A DNA stretch of 32,000 nucleotides from an archaeon (lineage in GTDB: Archaea > Iainarchaeota > Iainarchaeia > Iainarchaeales > CSSED10-239), in NCBI GenBank assembly GCA_035390665.1, contig DAOOUC010000002.1, forward strand, positions 90,001 to 122,000, written 5' to 3'. Both the position numbers and the translations under genes were made by a program. The notes under the pieces were generated by a model. It made no database searches. It was not told the origin of the DNA and worked only from the letters and a program-made list of their open reading frames with translations. Of the stretch, positions 1 through 7,972 are shown piece after piece (position 1 is the stretch's first letter; the number at the start of each line of letters is the position of its first letter).

Positions 1-2
1 TT

Positions 3-248
3 GGGGATATGGTGGCAACTGCGGTTTCTCAAAGATTTAGAGGATATGGTCTTCAAAGATTTTTAATAAAAGAAAGAGTAAAATATTTTAAAAAGATAAA
101 AAAGAAATATGTAGTAACTGATGTTAATCCAAAAAACAAACCATCGGAAAATAACATTCTTGCCTGTGGGTTTAAATTTACTAAAAAATCAAAAAGTAGA
201 AGAAGAAAAAGTAAAGTGATGTTAAATCATTATATTTTAAAACTATAA
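3..248 (+). CDS. GNAT-family acetyltransferase, C-terminal fragment (5' truncated by window edge)
   Basis: Frame stays open upstream of the ATG at 9 to the window edge. Protein GDMVATAVSQRFRGYGLQRFLIKE...ILACGFKF resembles the GNAT acetyl-CoA binding motif region and C-terminus. Confidence 0.55.
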   Translation, partial: GDMVATAVSQRFRGYGLQRFLIKERVKYFKKIKKKYVVTDVNPKNKPSENNILACGFKFTKKSKSRRRKSKVMLNHYILKL

Positions 249-322
249 TTATTTAAAAACAAACAATTATAAATAGTTTAATTCATAAGTATTAAGCTAT
301 AATTAAAAAGGGGGTTTTAAAA

Positions 323-505
323 ATGGCATTATTAGAAACAATTTTAGGAATACTTGCACTTGTTGCAGCAATATGGGTAATATATGATGTATTCACAAAC
401 AACAAGAAATTAAAAACAGAAATGAAAATATTATGGACTGTTCTTGCAATTGTTTTTAACATCATTACAGCAATTGTTTACTATTTCATGTACAAAAGAA
501 AATAA
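323..505 (+). CDS. Small two-TM membrane protein, PLDc_N (phospholipase D/cardiolipin synthase N-terminal)-like
   Basis: 60 aa with two hydrophobic helices; pattern VAAIWVIYDVFTNNK..KILWTVLAI..IITAIVYYFMYKRK resembles PLDc_N small membrane proteins. Confidence 0.6.
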   Translation: MALLETILGILALVAAIWVIYDVFTNNKKLKTEMKILWTVLAIVFNIITAIVYYFMYKRK

Positions 506-514
506 GTTATAAAT

Positions 515-532
515 TGCCCAAACTTTTGGGCA
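515..532 (+). terminator. Intrinsic terminator-like hairpin after the small membrane protein gene
   Basis: Inverted repeat TGCCCAAA-CT-TTTGGGCA (8 bp arms) followed by TTTCTTTTTTTATTTT. Confidence 0.5.
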
Positions 533-616
533 TTTCTTTTTTATTTTAAAACCTTTTATAATGGTTTTGTCTCATAAATATATATTCTATTTTTAGAAAG
601 GAGAGAATGATTTAAT

Positions 617-1192
617 ATGAGTGTTAAAGAAAATGATTGGATTTCTGTAGATTATGAAGGAACATTAAGTGACGGGCAATTATTTGACTCAAGTAAAGGC
701 AGAGAACCATTAAAATTTAAAGTTGGAGCAGGGATGGTAATTCCTGGTTTCGATGACGGAGTTGTTGGAATGAATGTAGGAGAAGAAAAAACAATTGATA
801 TTTCTGCAGAATTAGCATATGGTCCAAAAAATAATGAAATTGCTAAACTTCCAAAAGAACTTTTAAATGGTATAAGCGACCTTCAAGAAGGAAAAGAAAT
901 AACAGTAATGTCTGGAGTTGGTCCATTATCTATATTTATTTCAAAGATTGAAGAAACAACAATTGATGCAATCTTGAATCATCCATTAGCTGGAAAAGAT
1001 TTAAGATTTAAAGTAAAACTTTTAGAAATCTTATCTCCAGAAGAAGCCGAAAAACTAGAAGAAGAAATGCAAGCACATAGTTGTGGCGGACATTGTTCAA
1101 GTTGCCATTCTGATTGTTCAGAAGAACACGGAGATGAGTGCGATTGTGATGAAGACGATTGCGATTGTGACGATGAAGACGACGAAGAATAA
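617..1192 (+). CDS. FKBP-type peptidyl-prolyl cis-trans isomerase, SlyD-like, with Cys/His/Asp-rich C-terminal tail
   Basis: FKBP motifs VDYEGTLSDGQLFDSS, VIPGFDDGVVGMNVGEEKTI and AYGP, an inserted-in-flap-like region, then HSCGGHCSSCHSDCSEEHGDECDCDEDDCDCDDEDDEE. Confidence 0.93.
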   Translation: MSVKENDWISVDYEGTLSDGQLFDSSKGREPLKFKVGAGMVIPGFDDGVVGMNVGEEKTIDISAELAYGPKNNEIAKLPKELLNGISDLQEGKEITVMSGVGPLSIFISKIEETTIDAILNHPLAGKDLRFKVKLLEILSPEEAEKLEEEMQAHSCGGHCSSCHSDCSEEHGDECDCDEDDCDCDDEDDEE

Positions 1193-1204
1193 TTTCTTCT
1201 AAAT

Positions 1205-1312
1205 CCCAAGAAAAATTCATTGATTTTTCTGGGCCCAGAAAACATTAGTTTCCCAAAGAAAATTATTAATTTTCTTGAGCACATAAAAGCTTTGCTTTTA
1301 TTGTGTCTTGGG
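1205..1312 (+). other. Multi-hairpin intergenic element (structured 3' UTR or ncRNA candidate)
   Basis: Three local stem-loops (1205-1233, 1256-1276, 1280-1305), a possible closing stem CCCAAGA(1205-1211)/TCTTGGG(1306-1312), and an 18-nt perfect palindrome at 1225-1242. Confidence 0.5.
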
Positions 1313-1388
1313 TGTCTTTTTTTATTAAAATAAAGCTTTTTATATTCTTTTGTTCTTATTTTATCTATAATATATATTGTGATAAATT

Positions 1389-2678
1389 ATGTTAGAATTA
1401 AAATTTATTAGAGAAAACACAAAGAAAGTTAAAGAAAATATAAAAAAGAAAGGAAAAGATTTCCTTTTGCCCTTAGTTGATGAACTTATTTCTTTAGATG
1501 AAGAGTATAGAAAAGGTATCATTCTAGCTAATGATCTTAAACACCAAAGAAATTCAGTAACTGAAAACATTGCATTAAATAAACAAAAAGGCCTTCCTGT
1601 TGATGATTTATTAGAAAAAGCAAGACAATTACCTGAGAAGATTAAAGTTGTAGACGAAAAACAAAAAGAACTTTATGAAAAAATAATTGATATTCAAAAA
1701 AAAATACCAAATATTATTTCTAAAAAAACACCAATAGGTAAAGACGATACTGAAAATAAAGAAATCAAAAGATTTGGAGAACCAGAAAAAAAAGATTTTC
1801 CAATAATTAACCATGGAGAAATTGCAGAAAAACTTAATGTTGCTGACTTTGAAGCAGCAAGAAATGTTTCAGGAAAAGGATTTTATTACTTAAAAGGCGA
1901 TCTTGCACTTCTTAATAGGGCACTAATCAACTATGCTCAAGACTTCTTAAACAAGAAAGGATATATTTATGTGCTTCCACCACAGATGATAAACAAAAGA
2001 GCTTGTGAGGGAAGTGTGGATTTTTCTTTTTTTAAAGATATGGCTTATAAGATTGAAGGCGAAGATCTTTATTTAATTGCAACTTCTGAGCATCCACTTA
2101 TCTCTATGTTTGTAGACAAAACAATTGATGAGGAAAAGCTACCAATCAAGATGTTTAGTTTCTCTTCTTGTTTTAGAAAAGAAATTGGATCTCATGGTTT
2201 AGATGAAAGAGGACTTTTTAGATTACATCAATTTGATAAAGTTGAGCAAATTATTATTTGTAAACCAGAGGATTCAGAGAAAGCATATGATGAGCTTTTA
2301 AAAAATACAGTTAAACTTTTTACATCACTTGAACTACCAACAAGAACTTTAGAAATTTGTACCGGAGATTTAGGAGACTTAAAATACAGAAGTGCAGATG
2401 TCGAGGTGTGGTCACCAAGAAACAACAAATATATTGAGGTTGCTTCTTGTAGTAATCTTACATCAGCCCAAGCAGTAAGGCTTAACATTAAAGCAAAGAC
2501 AAAGCAAGGCGAAAAATATTATGTTCATACTCTTAATGACACAGCAGTTGCCACGTCTAGAGCGCTTGTAGCAATACTTGAAAACCACCAAACAAAAGAA
2601 GGTACAATTAAGATTCCAAAAGTCTTACAGAAATACATGTATGGTAAAACAGAGATTAAAAGAAATGAAATATTTTGA
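1389..2678 (+). CDS. serS: Serine--tRNA ligase
   Basis: Long N-terminal coiled coil; class II motifs including GKGFYYLKGDLALLNRALINYA, SEHPLISMF, SCFRKEIGSHG, GLFRLHQFDKVEQ and NDTAVATSRALVAILENHQ. Confidence 0.97.
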   Translation: MLELKFIRENTKKVKENIKKKGKDFLLPLVDELISLDEEYRKGIILANDLKHQRNSVTENIALNKQKGLPVDDLLEKARQLPEKIKVVDEKQKELYEKIIDIQKKIPNIISKKTPIGKDDTENKEIKRFGEPEKKDFPIINHGEIAEKLNVADFEAARNVSGKGFYYLKGDLALLNRALINYAQDFLNKKGYIYVLPPQMINKRACEGSVDFSFFKDMAYKIEGEDLYLIATSEHPLISMFVDKTIDEEKLPIKMFSFSSCFRKEIGSHGLDERGLFRLHQFDKVEQIIICKPEDSEKAYDELLKNTVKLFTSLELPTRTLEICTGDLGDLKYRSADVEVWSPRNNKYIEVASCSNLTSAQAVRLNIKAKTKQGEKYYVHTLNDTAVATSRALVAILENHQTKEGTIKIPKVLQKYMYGKTEIKRNEIF

Positions 2679-3145
2679 ATTTTATGAAATACAATAAACT
2701 TCAAGAAAAGTATTTTGAAGATGAGCGAGTTGTTAATTCTGGAATAATTATCTTTAACAAAGATAAAATCCTTCTTGTTGAACGAAAGGACAAAAAACAT
2801 TTGGAACTTCCTGGTGGAAAAATTAAACTTCTTGATACAGACAAAACCAAAAAAGAAACTTTAAGAAATGCGGCAATTAGAGAAGTATTTGAAGAAGTAC
2901 ATATTAAACCAGAAATATTAAATTATTCGCCTTTCTATATTGATTTTGAAACTCCAGATAAGATAAAAAGAAGAAGCTATAATTTTATTGCAATATCAAA
3001 TAAAGAACCAAAGATAACTGAAAAACATATTTTCTCAACTGCAAAATATATTGCAGTTAAAGATTTAGAAAAATATAATCTTGCACCAAATGTAATTACC
3101 TTAAAAGAGCTATTTAAAACCTGTCTTTTTAGATATAAGTTTTAA
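2675..3145 (+). CDS. NUDIX hydrolase
   Basis: Nudix box with inserted residues: GGKIKLLDTDKTKKETLRNAAIREVFEEVHI; start overlaps the serS stop (ATGA). Confidence 0.88.
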   Translation: MNFMKYNKLQEKYFEDERVVNSGIIIFNKDKILLVERKDKKHLELPGGKIKLLDTDKTKKETLRNAAIREVFEEVHIKPEILNYSPFYIDFETPDKIKRRSYNFIAISNKEPKITEKHIFSTAKYIAVKDLEKYNLAPNVITLKELFKTCLFRYKF

Positions 3146-3192
3146 CTTTAATCTTTAAAAAGATATCGCTATATAATATTTATAATTAACTC

Positions 3193-3229
3193 CCTACCAT
3201 TGAGAATCTTTTAGATTCACAACGGTAGG
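3193..3229 (+). promoter_or_regulatory. Stem-loop immediately upstream of the NYN-domain gene
   Basis: CCTACC/GGTAGG outer stem and TG-A-GAATC/GATTC-A-CA inner stem around a TTTTA loop; preceded by TATA-like sequence (ctatataata). Confidence 0.45.
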
Positions 3230-3246
3230 ATTTTTAAGTGATTTAA

Positions 3247-3774
3247 ATGTCTGATTCTATAAAGCGAATAATGATATTTATTGATGGAAGTAACTTCTAT
3301 TATGCTTTAAAAAGATCTTTTTCTAAAACAAATATTGATTTTGAAAAATTTTGTAATTTTCTTGTTAATTCAGACAATTTAATACAAATTAAATATTATA
3401 ATTCTCCATTAAATCGAATAGAAAATCCAGAAGAATATAAAAAGCAGCAGAAATTTTTTGAATATTTATCTGAAGTGCCATTAATTGATATATATTTTGG
3501 AAGATTAGAAAAAAGACCAGATGGTAAAAAAGCAGAAAAAGGAGTAGATGTTAAATTAGCAGTTGATTTAGTTGTTAATGCTTATAAAGACAGGTACGAT
3601 ATAGCAATATTAGTGTCAAATGATGCAGATTTTATCCCTGCAATACAAGAAGCTTTAAATTTGAATAAAGAAGTATATTATGTTGGATTTCCAAAAATGA
3701 AATCATATCATTTAAATAAAGTTTGTTCTAAAACTATTAAGGTTAATGATATTTCAGAATACCTAAGAGAATAA
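3247..3774 (+). CDS. NYN domain (LabA/DUF88-like, PIN-like nuclease fold) protein
   Basis: IMIFIDGSNFYYALKR, GRLEKRP..KGVDVKLAVDLVVNAYKDRYDIAILVSNDADFIPAI are typical of LabA-like NYN proteins. Confidence 0.92.
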   Translation: MSDSIKRIMIFIDGSNFYYALKRSFSKTNIDFEKFCNFLVNSDNLIQIKYYNSPLNRIENPEEYKKQQKFFEYLSEVPLIDIYFGRLEKRPDGKKAEKGVDVKLAVDLVVNAYKDRYDIAILVSNDADFIPAIQEALNLNKEVYYVGFPKMKSYHLNKVCSKTIKVNDISEYLRE

Positions 3775-3786
3775 TGTGAGACAAAA

Positions 3787-6700
3787 ATGCAAGTAAAAGA
3801 ATTAGTTCTAAAAAATTTTAAGTCTTTTGATTATGCCAGTATTCCATTTAAGCCAGGATTTCAAGTAATTGTTGGCCCTAATGGGTCAGGTAAAAGTAAT
3901 ATAATTGATGCTCTATTATTTGGTTTTGGTTCAACATCCCTTAAAAGATTAAGAGTAGATAAAACCGCTAATCTTGTTAATCAATCAGCTAAAGAAAGAA
4001 CTGCAAGAGTAAGGGTTGTATTTAATCACGAAGGCAAAGATCTTGACATTATTAGAGAAATTGATGAAACAGGAAAGTCTGCTTGCTCTTTAGATGGTAA
4101 AAGAAAAGCATTAAATGAAATTACTTCTTTTTTAGCAGAAGTTGGAATAACTGCAGATGGATATTATACAGTTCAACAGGGAGATGTTACAAGAATTATT
4201 AACATGAACCCAGAAGAAAGAAGAAAAATAATAGAAGATATCTCTGGTATTTCTCTCTTTGATGAAAGAAAAAAAGAAGCACAGGATAATCTTGATAAAG
4301 TAAATAAAAGATTAGATAAAGTATCAATTGCATTAAATGAAAGAAAACCGTATGTTGAACAATTATCTGCTGAAAGAGAAAATGCTTTAAAGTTTAAAGA
4401 ATTAGATAGTTTAGAACAGCTATATAATTATAATCTTTATAATCAACAAATAACTGAATTTAATAATGAATTAATATTAGAAGATGGAAAGATTAACAAA
4501 CTATTATCCGAGATTGAAGACAATAACAAAGAAAAGAAAAATATACTTTTTGAAATTTCAGATTTAGAAAATAAACTAGAAACAATAAATAATGATTTAA
4601 TATCTCATTCAGAAAAAGTCCAATCTACTTTTGGTAAAGAACTTTCTGAGAGAAAAGCAAATAAAGAAATAATTCTTAATAATTTAAATTTAAGACAAGA
4701 AAATATTGATTACTTAACTAAAGAAAACAATAGATTAGCTTTAGAAATAACAGAACTAATAAAAGAAGAAAACACTCTTTCCATTATAATTAAAGAACAA
4801 GAAGAAAAATTAAGAAACAAAAACAAAATAAAATCAGAACTTAAAGAAAAAATACAAAAAAGTTCAAAAGAGTTTGAAGAGATTAGAACTGTTCAAGAGG
4901 AATTGTATTCTCGATTATCTACAATAAATAAAGAGATTACAAAACAACAAGACGAATATTTTTCAAATAAGAATAAAATTTCAGCTTATGAATTCCAAAA
5001 AGAAAGTTTAGAAAAACAAACAAAAGAAAGAGATGAAAATCAAAAGCAATTATCAATTAGAAAGAAAGAATTGGAAAGTAGTATTTCAACTTTAAGAAAA
5101 GAATTATCTGACATTGAAAAAGAAATACAAAATAGTAATAAACTACTTGAAACAAAAACAAAAGAAAAAGAAGAATTACAATTACAATTTAATCAAAAAA
5201 CAATAGAGGTTTCGGGATTAAGAAAAGACCTTTCTTTTAGTTCTAGTGCTCTAGAAAAAAGAGATAAACTTAAAGAGAAGTTAAAAGTACACAAAACATT
5301 TTTAGGATTTTTAGATGATTTTGTTTCGTTAAACAAACATCAAAAATCTGTTTATTCTAATTATATAATATTAAAAGAAAAATCAGAAATATCTAAAATC
5401 ATAAAAGAATTTGAAAATATTAATTTTAATTTTGTGGTGTTATCTTCAATTGGTGTGTCTGAAAAAGAACTATCCAATCATTTCCAAGAACACTTTAATA
5501 CTAAACACAAAGTAGAAGAAATAGATGGTTTTTATTTTGATGGTTTCTGTTATAAAAGAATACTTGTAAAAGACACAAAAGAACTTGAAGAAAAGATTAA
5601 TCATATAGACAAAGAACTTGAAAAAATCAAAGCACACTTACAAGAGGCGACAACAAAAATATCTGAAACCTCACAAGAGCTAACTCAAAAAACAAAAGAG
5701 CAAACACAATTACAAGTTAGATTAAACACATCAATACAGACACTTGATGATATTATTGAAAATCTTGAAGGAATAACCAGTAAGTCATCAGGAGAAAGTG
5801 GCGCAACTATTAAAACCATTACACAAAATCTTGGACAACTCTCAAGTCAAATTTCTGACCTTGATACTAACCTTACAAATTTACGTAAAGAAAAGCAAGA
5901 GATTGAAGACAAATTAAAGTCCTTAAACATTGGTGTTCAAAACACCTTAAGAGATGATTATGATTCTTTGGTAACTGAAACAAATACCTTAGAACAAAGC
6001 TTAATTTCTAAAAATTCAGAAATTAAATCTACAAAAGAAAAACTAGATAATAAAAAAAATCTTGTAGAACTAAACAATCAAAAGATTTCTGATATTACAA
6101 AGCAATTAAATGATTTCAAAGACCAGATAACAAAGATTGATAACAAGATTTCAGAAATTAATAAACAGTTAGATTTTGAAAACAGTAAGAAGGAAGGTCA
6201 ATTCCAGTATAAGTCAAAGATTAATCAAGAGATTGCTATATTAAATCAAAAAAGTCATGAAATAGATTCTTTAATTTCAGATATTAATTCTGAGATAAAT
6301 GATTCTCGTCTAAACATAAACACTCTCAAAAGTAAAATTATTCAATCAGAACAAAGTCTAAAACTTCTAGATATAAAAACAGATTTAGAAAAGATTAATC
6401 TTCCAATTGAACAAATCTTTTCAAAATTAAGGAGCATAAAAAGAGACAAGAATGCTTTAGGCAATATAAACTTTAATGCAATAGATTCTTATGAAAAGCT
6501 TGCAAAAGAATACGAAGAGATTATTCAGAAGTATGACATAATTGTGGCTGAAAAAGCACAAGTTGAAGCAATGCTAAATGAAATAAATATGAAAAAGTCT
6601 GCAATATTTATGGATTGCTTTGATAAAGTAAACAAAGAGTTTAAAGACATAATTTCAAAGATGTCTAAGTCCTTGAAAGGTTCTTTGGAGTTATCTGGTC

Positions 6701-7041
6701 AAGATCCATTAACTTCTAATCTAATAATAAATATAACAAAAAACGGGCAAACAAAAAACATAGATATAATATCTGGTGGAGAAAAAACAATTACTGCTCT
6801 TGCAGTTATCTTCGCAGTGCATGCTTATAAGAAATCTCCATTCTATATCCTTGATGAAGTTGATGCTGCTTTAGATGATCAAAATTCAGAAAGTCTTCTA
6901 AATTACATAAAGGAATTATCTAAATCTGTTGCAGTAATCTGTATAACTCACAACAGCACAATAGTTTCAGGAGCAAACCAAGTAATTGGTGTAACTCTTA
7001 AAGGAAATTCCTCAGTTATTGGCCTTGATATGGCCATATAG
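3787..7041 (+). CDS. smc: Chromosome segregation protein SMC
   Basis: Walker A GPNGSGKSNIIDALLFGFG, signature SGGEKTITALAVIFAV, Walker B FYILDEVDAALDD, long coiled coils; 1084 aa. Confidence 0.96.
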   Translation: MQVKELVLKNFKSFDYASIPFKPGFQVIVGPNGSGKSNIIDALLFGFGSTSLKRLRVDKTANLVNQSAKERTARVRVVFNHEGKDLDIIREIDETGKSACSLDGKRKALNEITSFLAEVGITADGYYTVQQGDVTRIINMNPEERRKIIEDISGISLFDERKKEAQDNLDKVNKRLDKVSIALNERKPYVEQLSAERENALKFKELDSLEQLYNYNLYNQQITEFNNELILEDGKINKLLSEIEDNNKEKKNILFEISDLENKLETINNDLISHSEKVQSTFGKELSERKANKEIILNNLNLRQENIDYLTKENNRLALEITELIKEENTLSIIIKEQEEKLRNKNKIKSELKEKIQKSSKEFEEIRTVQEELYSRLSTINKEITKQQDEYFSNKNKISAYEFQKESLEKQTKERDENQKQLSIRKKELESSISTLRKELSDIEKEIQNSNKLLETKTKEKEELQLQFNQKTIEVSGLRKDLSFSSSALEKRDKLKEKLKVHKTFLGFLDDFVSLNKHQKSVYSNYIILKEKSEISKIIKEFENINFNFVVLSSIGVSEKELSNHFQEHFNTKHKVEEIDGFYFDGFCYKRILVKDTKELEEKINHIDKELEKIKAHLQEATTKISETSQELTQKTKEQTQLQVRLNTSIQTLDDIIENLEGITSKSSGESGATIKTITQNLGQLSSQISDLDTNLTNLRKEKQEIEDKLKSLNIGVQNTLRDDYDSLVTETNTLEQSLISKNSEIKSTKEKLDNKKNLVELNNQKISDITKQLNDFKDQITKIDNKISEINKQLDFENSKKEGQFQYKSKINQEIAILNQKSHEIDSLISDINSEINDSRLNINTLKSKIIQSEQSLKLLDIKTDLEKINLPIEQIFSKLRSIKRDKNALGNINFNAIDSYEKLAKEYEEIIQKYDIIVAEKAQVEAMLNEINMKKSAIFMDCFDKVNKEFKDIISKMSKSLKGSLELSGQDPLTSNLIINITKNGQTKNIDIISGGEKTITALAVIFAVHAYKKSPFYILDEVDAALDDQNSESLLNYIKELSKSVAVICITHNSTIVSGANQVIGVTLKGNSSVIGLDMAI

Positions 7042-7141
7042 CAGGGTATATACCGAAAAGTAACTAATTCTGGTAAATAACTGTGTTTATAAACCTTTTT
7101 AGCCATAAATTATTTATAACTCTAAAAAGTTAAGAAGTAAA

Positions 7142-7972
7142 ATGAGCTTATTTATGAATAAAAATATTTTAGTCTTAATCTCGGTATTATTAATGTCTAG
7201 TTATATTTATGCATCAAATATTACAGTTTCTTTTCCAGAAAATATAACTTTAGTAAATAATCCTGTTTCTGTAGAACTTTATGTTTATAATGGTTCTAAT
7301 TCTTCAGAATTAATAACTTTAACCTCTTATATTTCTCCTTTTCCAAGCTCTTTTTCAGAAAATCAATTTAGACTATCACCAAATGAATCCAAAAGAGTAA
7401 CAGTTACAATTTCTCCATTAAATGATTATTTAGAGTCAGTATATAGTTCAAGTATAGAAATAAAATCAGCTAATTATTATAATAAACAAACATTTAATAT
7501 TATTCAAAAAACCAATAGAATATGTTCTATTGATTTACAGTATTTTGTAATGTATGTTCCTTCTTCTGAGGAATATAAATTAGAATTAATACTAAAGAAT
7601 AATTCTATAGTAAATAAAGATATAGAAATTATTGGTTTAAAAGACATTAATCTTTCAGATGAGATAGGAATTGTTGAAATATCAGGCAAAACAGAGGTTT
7701 CTACAGTAAGATTGTTTAAAACAGAAGAAAGAAATGTAATTTTAGAATATAGATGTAATGGCTTATTTGGCAAAAAAGAAATAGAATTACCTGAGAAAAA
7801 GACCCCAATAGATATTAAAACAGGATTTACTGGTTTATTTTCATTCATTGGTTCTGTAAATCTAGGTAATTTCTGGGATTCTTTATTATTTCAAATAATT
7901 TTAATAATTATTTTAATTATTCTAGTCTTGTCTTTTTCAACAAGATACATAAAATATATTTATAAGAGATGA
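7142..7972 (+). CDS. Secreted/surface protein with signal peptide, Ig-like beta domain and C-terminal TM anchor
   Basis: N-terminal hydrophobic signal (NILVLISVLLMSSYIYAS), beta-rich body (ITVSFPENITLVNNPVSVELYV), C-terminal TM LLFQIILIIILIILVLSF. Confidence 0.75.
   Translation: MSLFMNKNILVLISVLLMSSYIYASNITVSFPENITLVNNPVSVELYVYNGSNSSELITLTSYISPFPSSFSENQFRLSPNESKRVTVTISPLNDYLESVYSSSIEIKSANYYNKQTFNIIQKTNRICSIDLQYFVMYVPSSEEYKLELILKNNSIVNKDIEIIGLKDINLSDEIGIVEISGKTEVSTVRLFKTEERNVILEYRCNGLFGKKEIELPEKKTPIDIKTGFTGLFSFIGSVNLGNFWDSLLFQIILIIILIILVLSFSTRYIKYIYKR

Noticed and set aside
979-1284. Minus-strand 101-aa ORF rich in Ser/Gln
   Set aside because: Antisense of the FKBP acidic/Cys-rich tail; composition is an artefact of the GAT/GAA/TGT repeats on the coding strand.
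7045-7054. Palindrome GGTATATACC and nearby ATATGGCCATAT
   Set aside because: Short palindromes expected by chance in AT-rich DNA and not linked to other structure.
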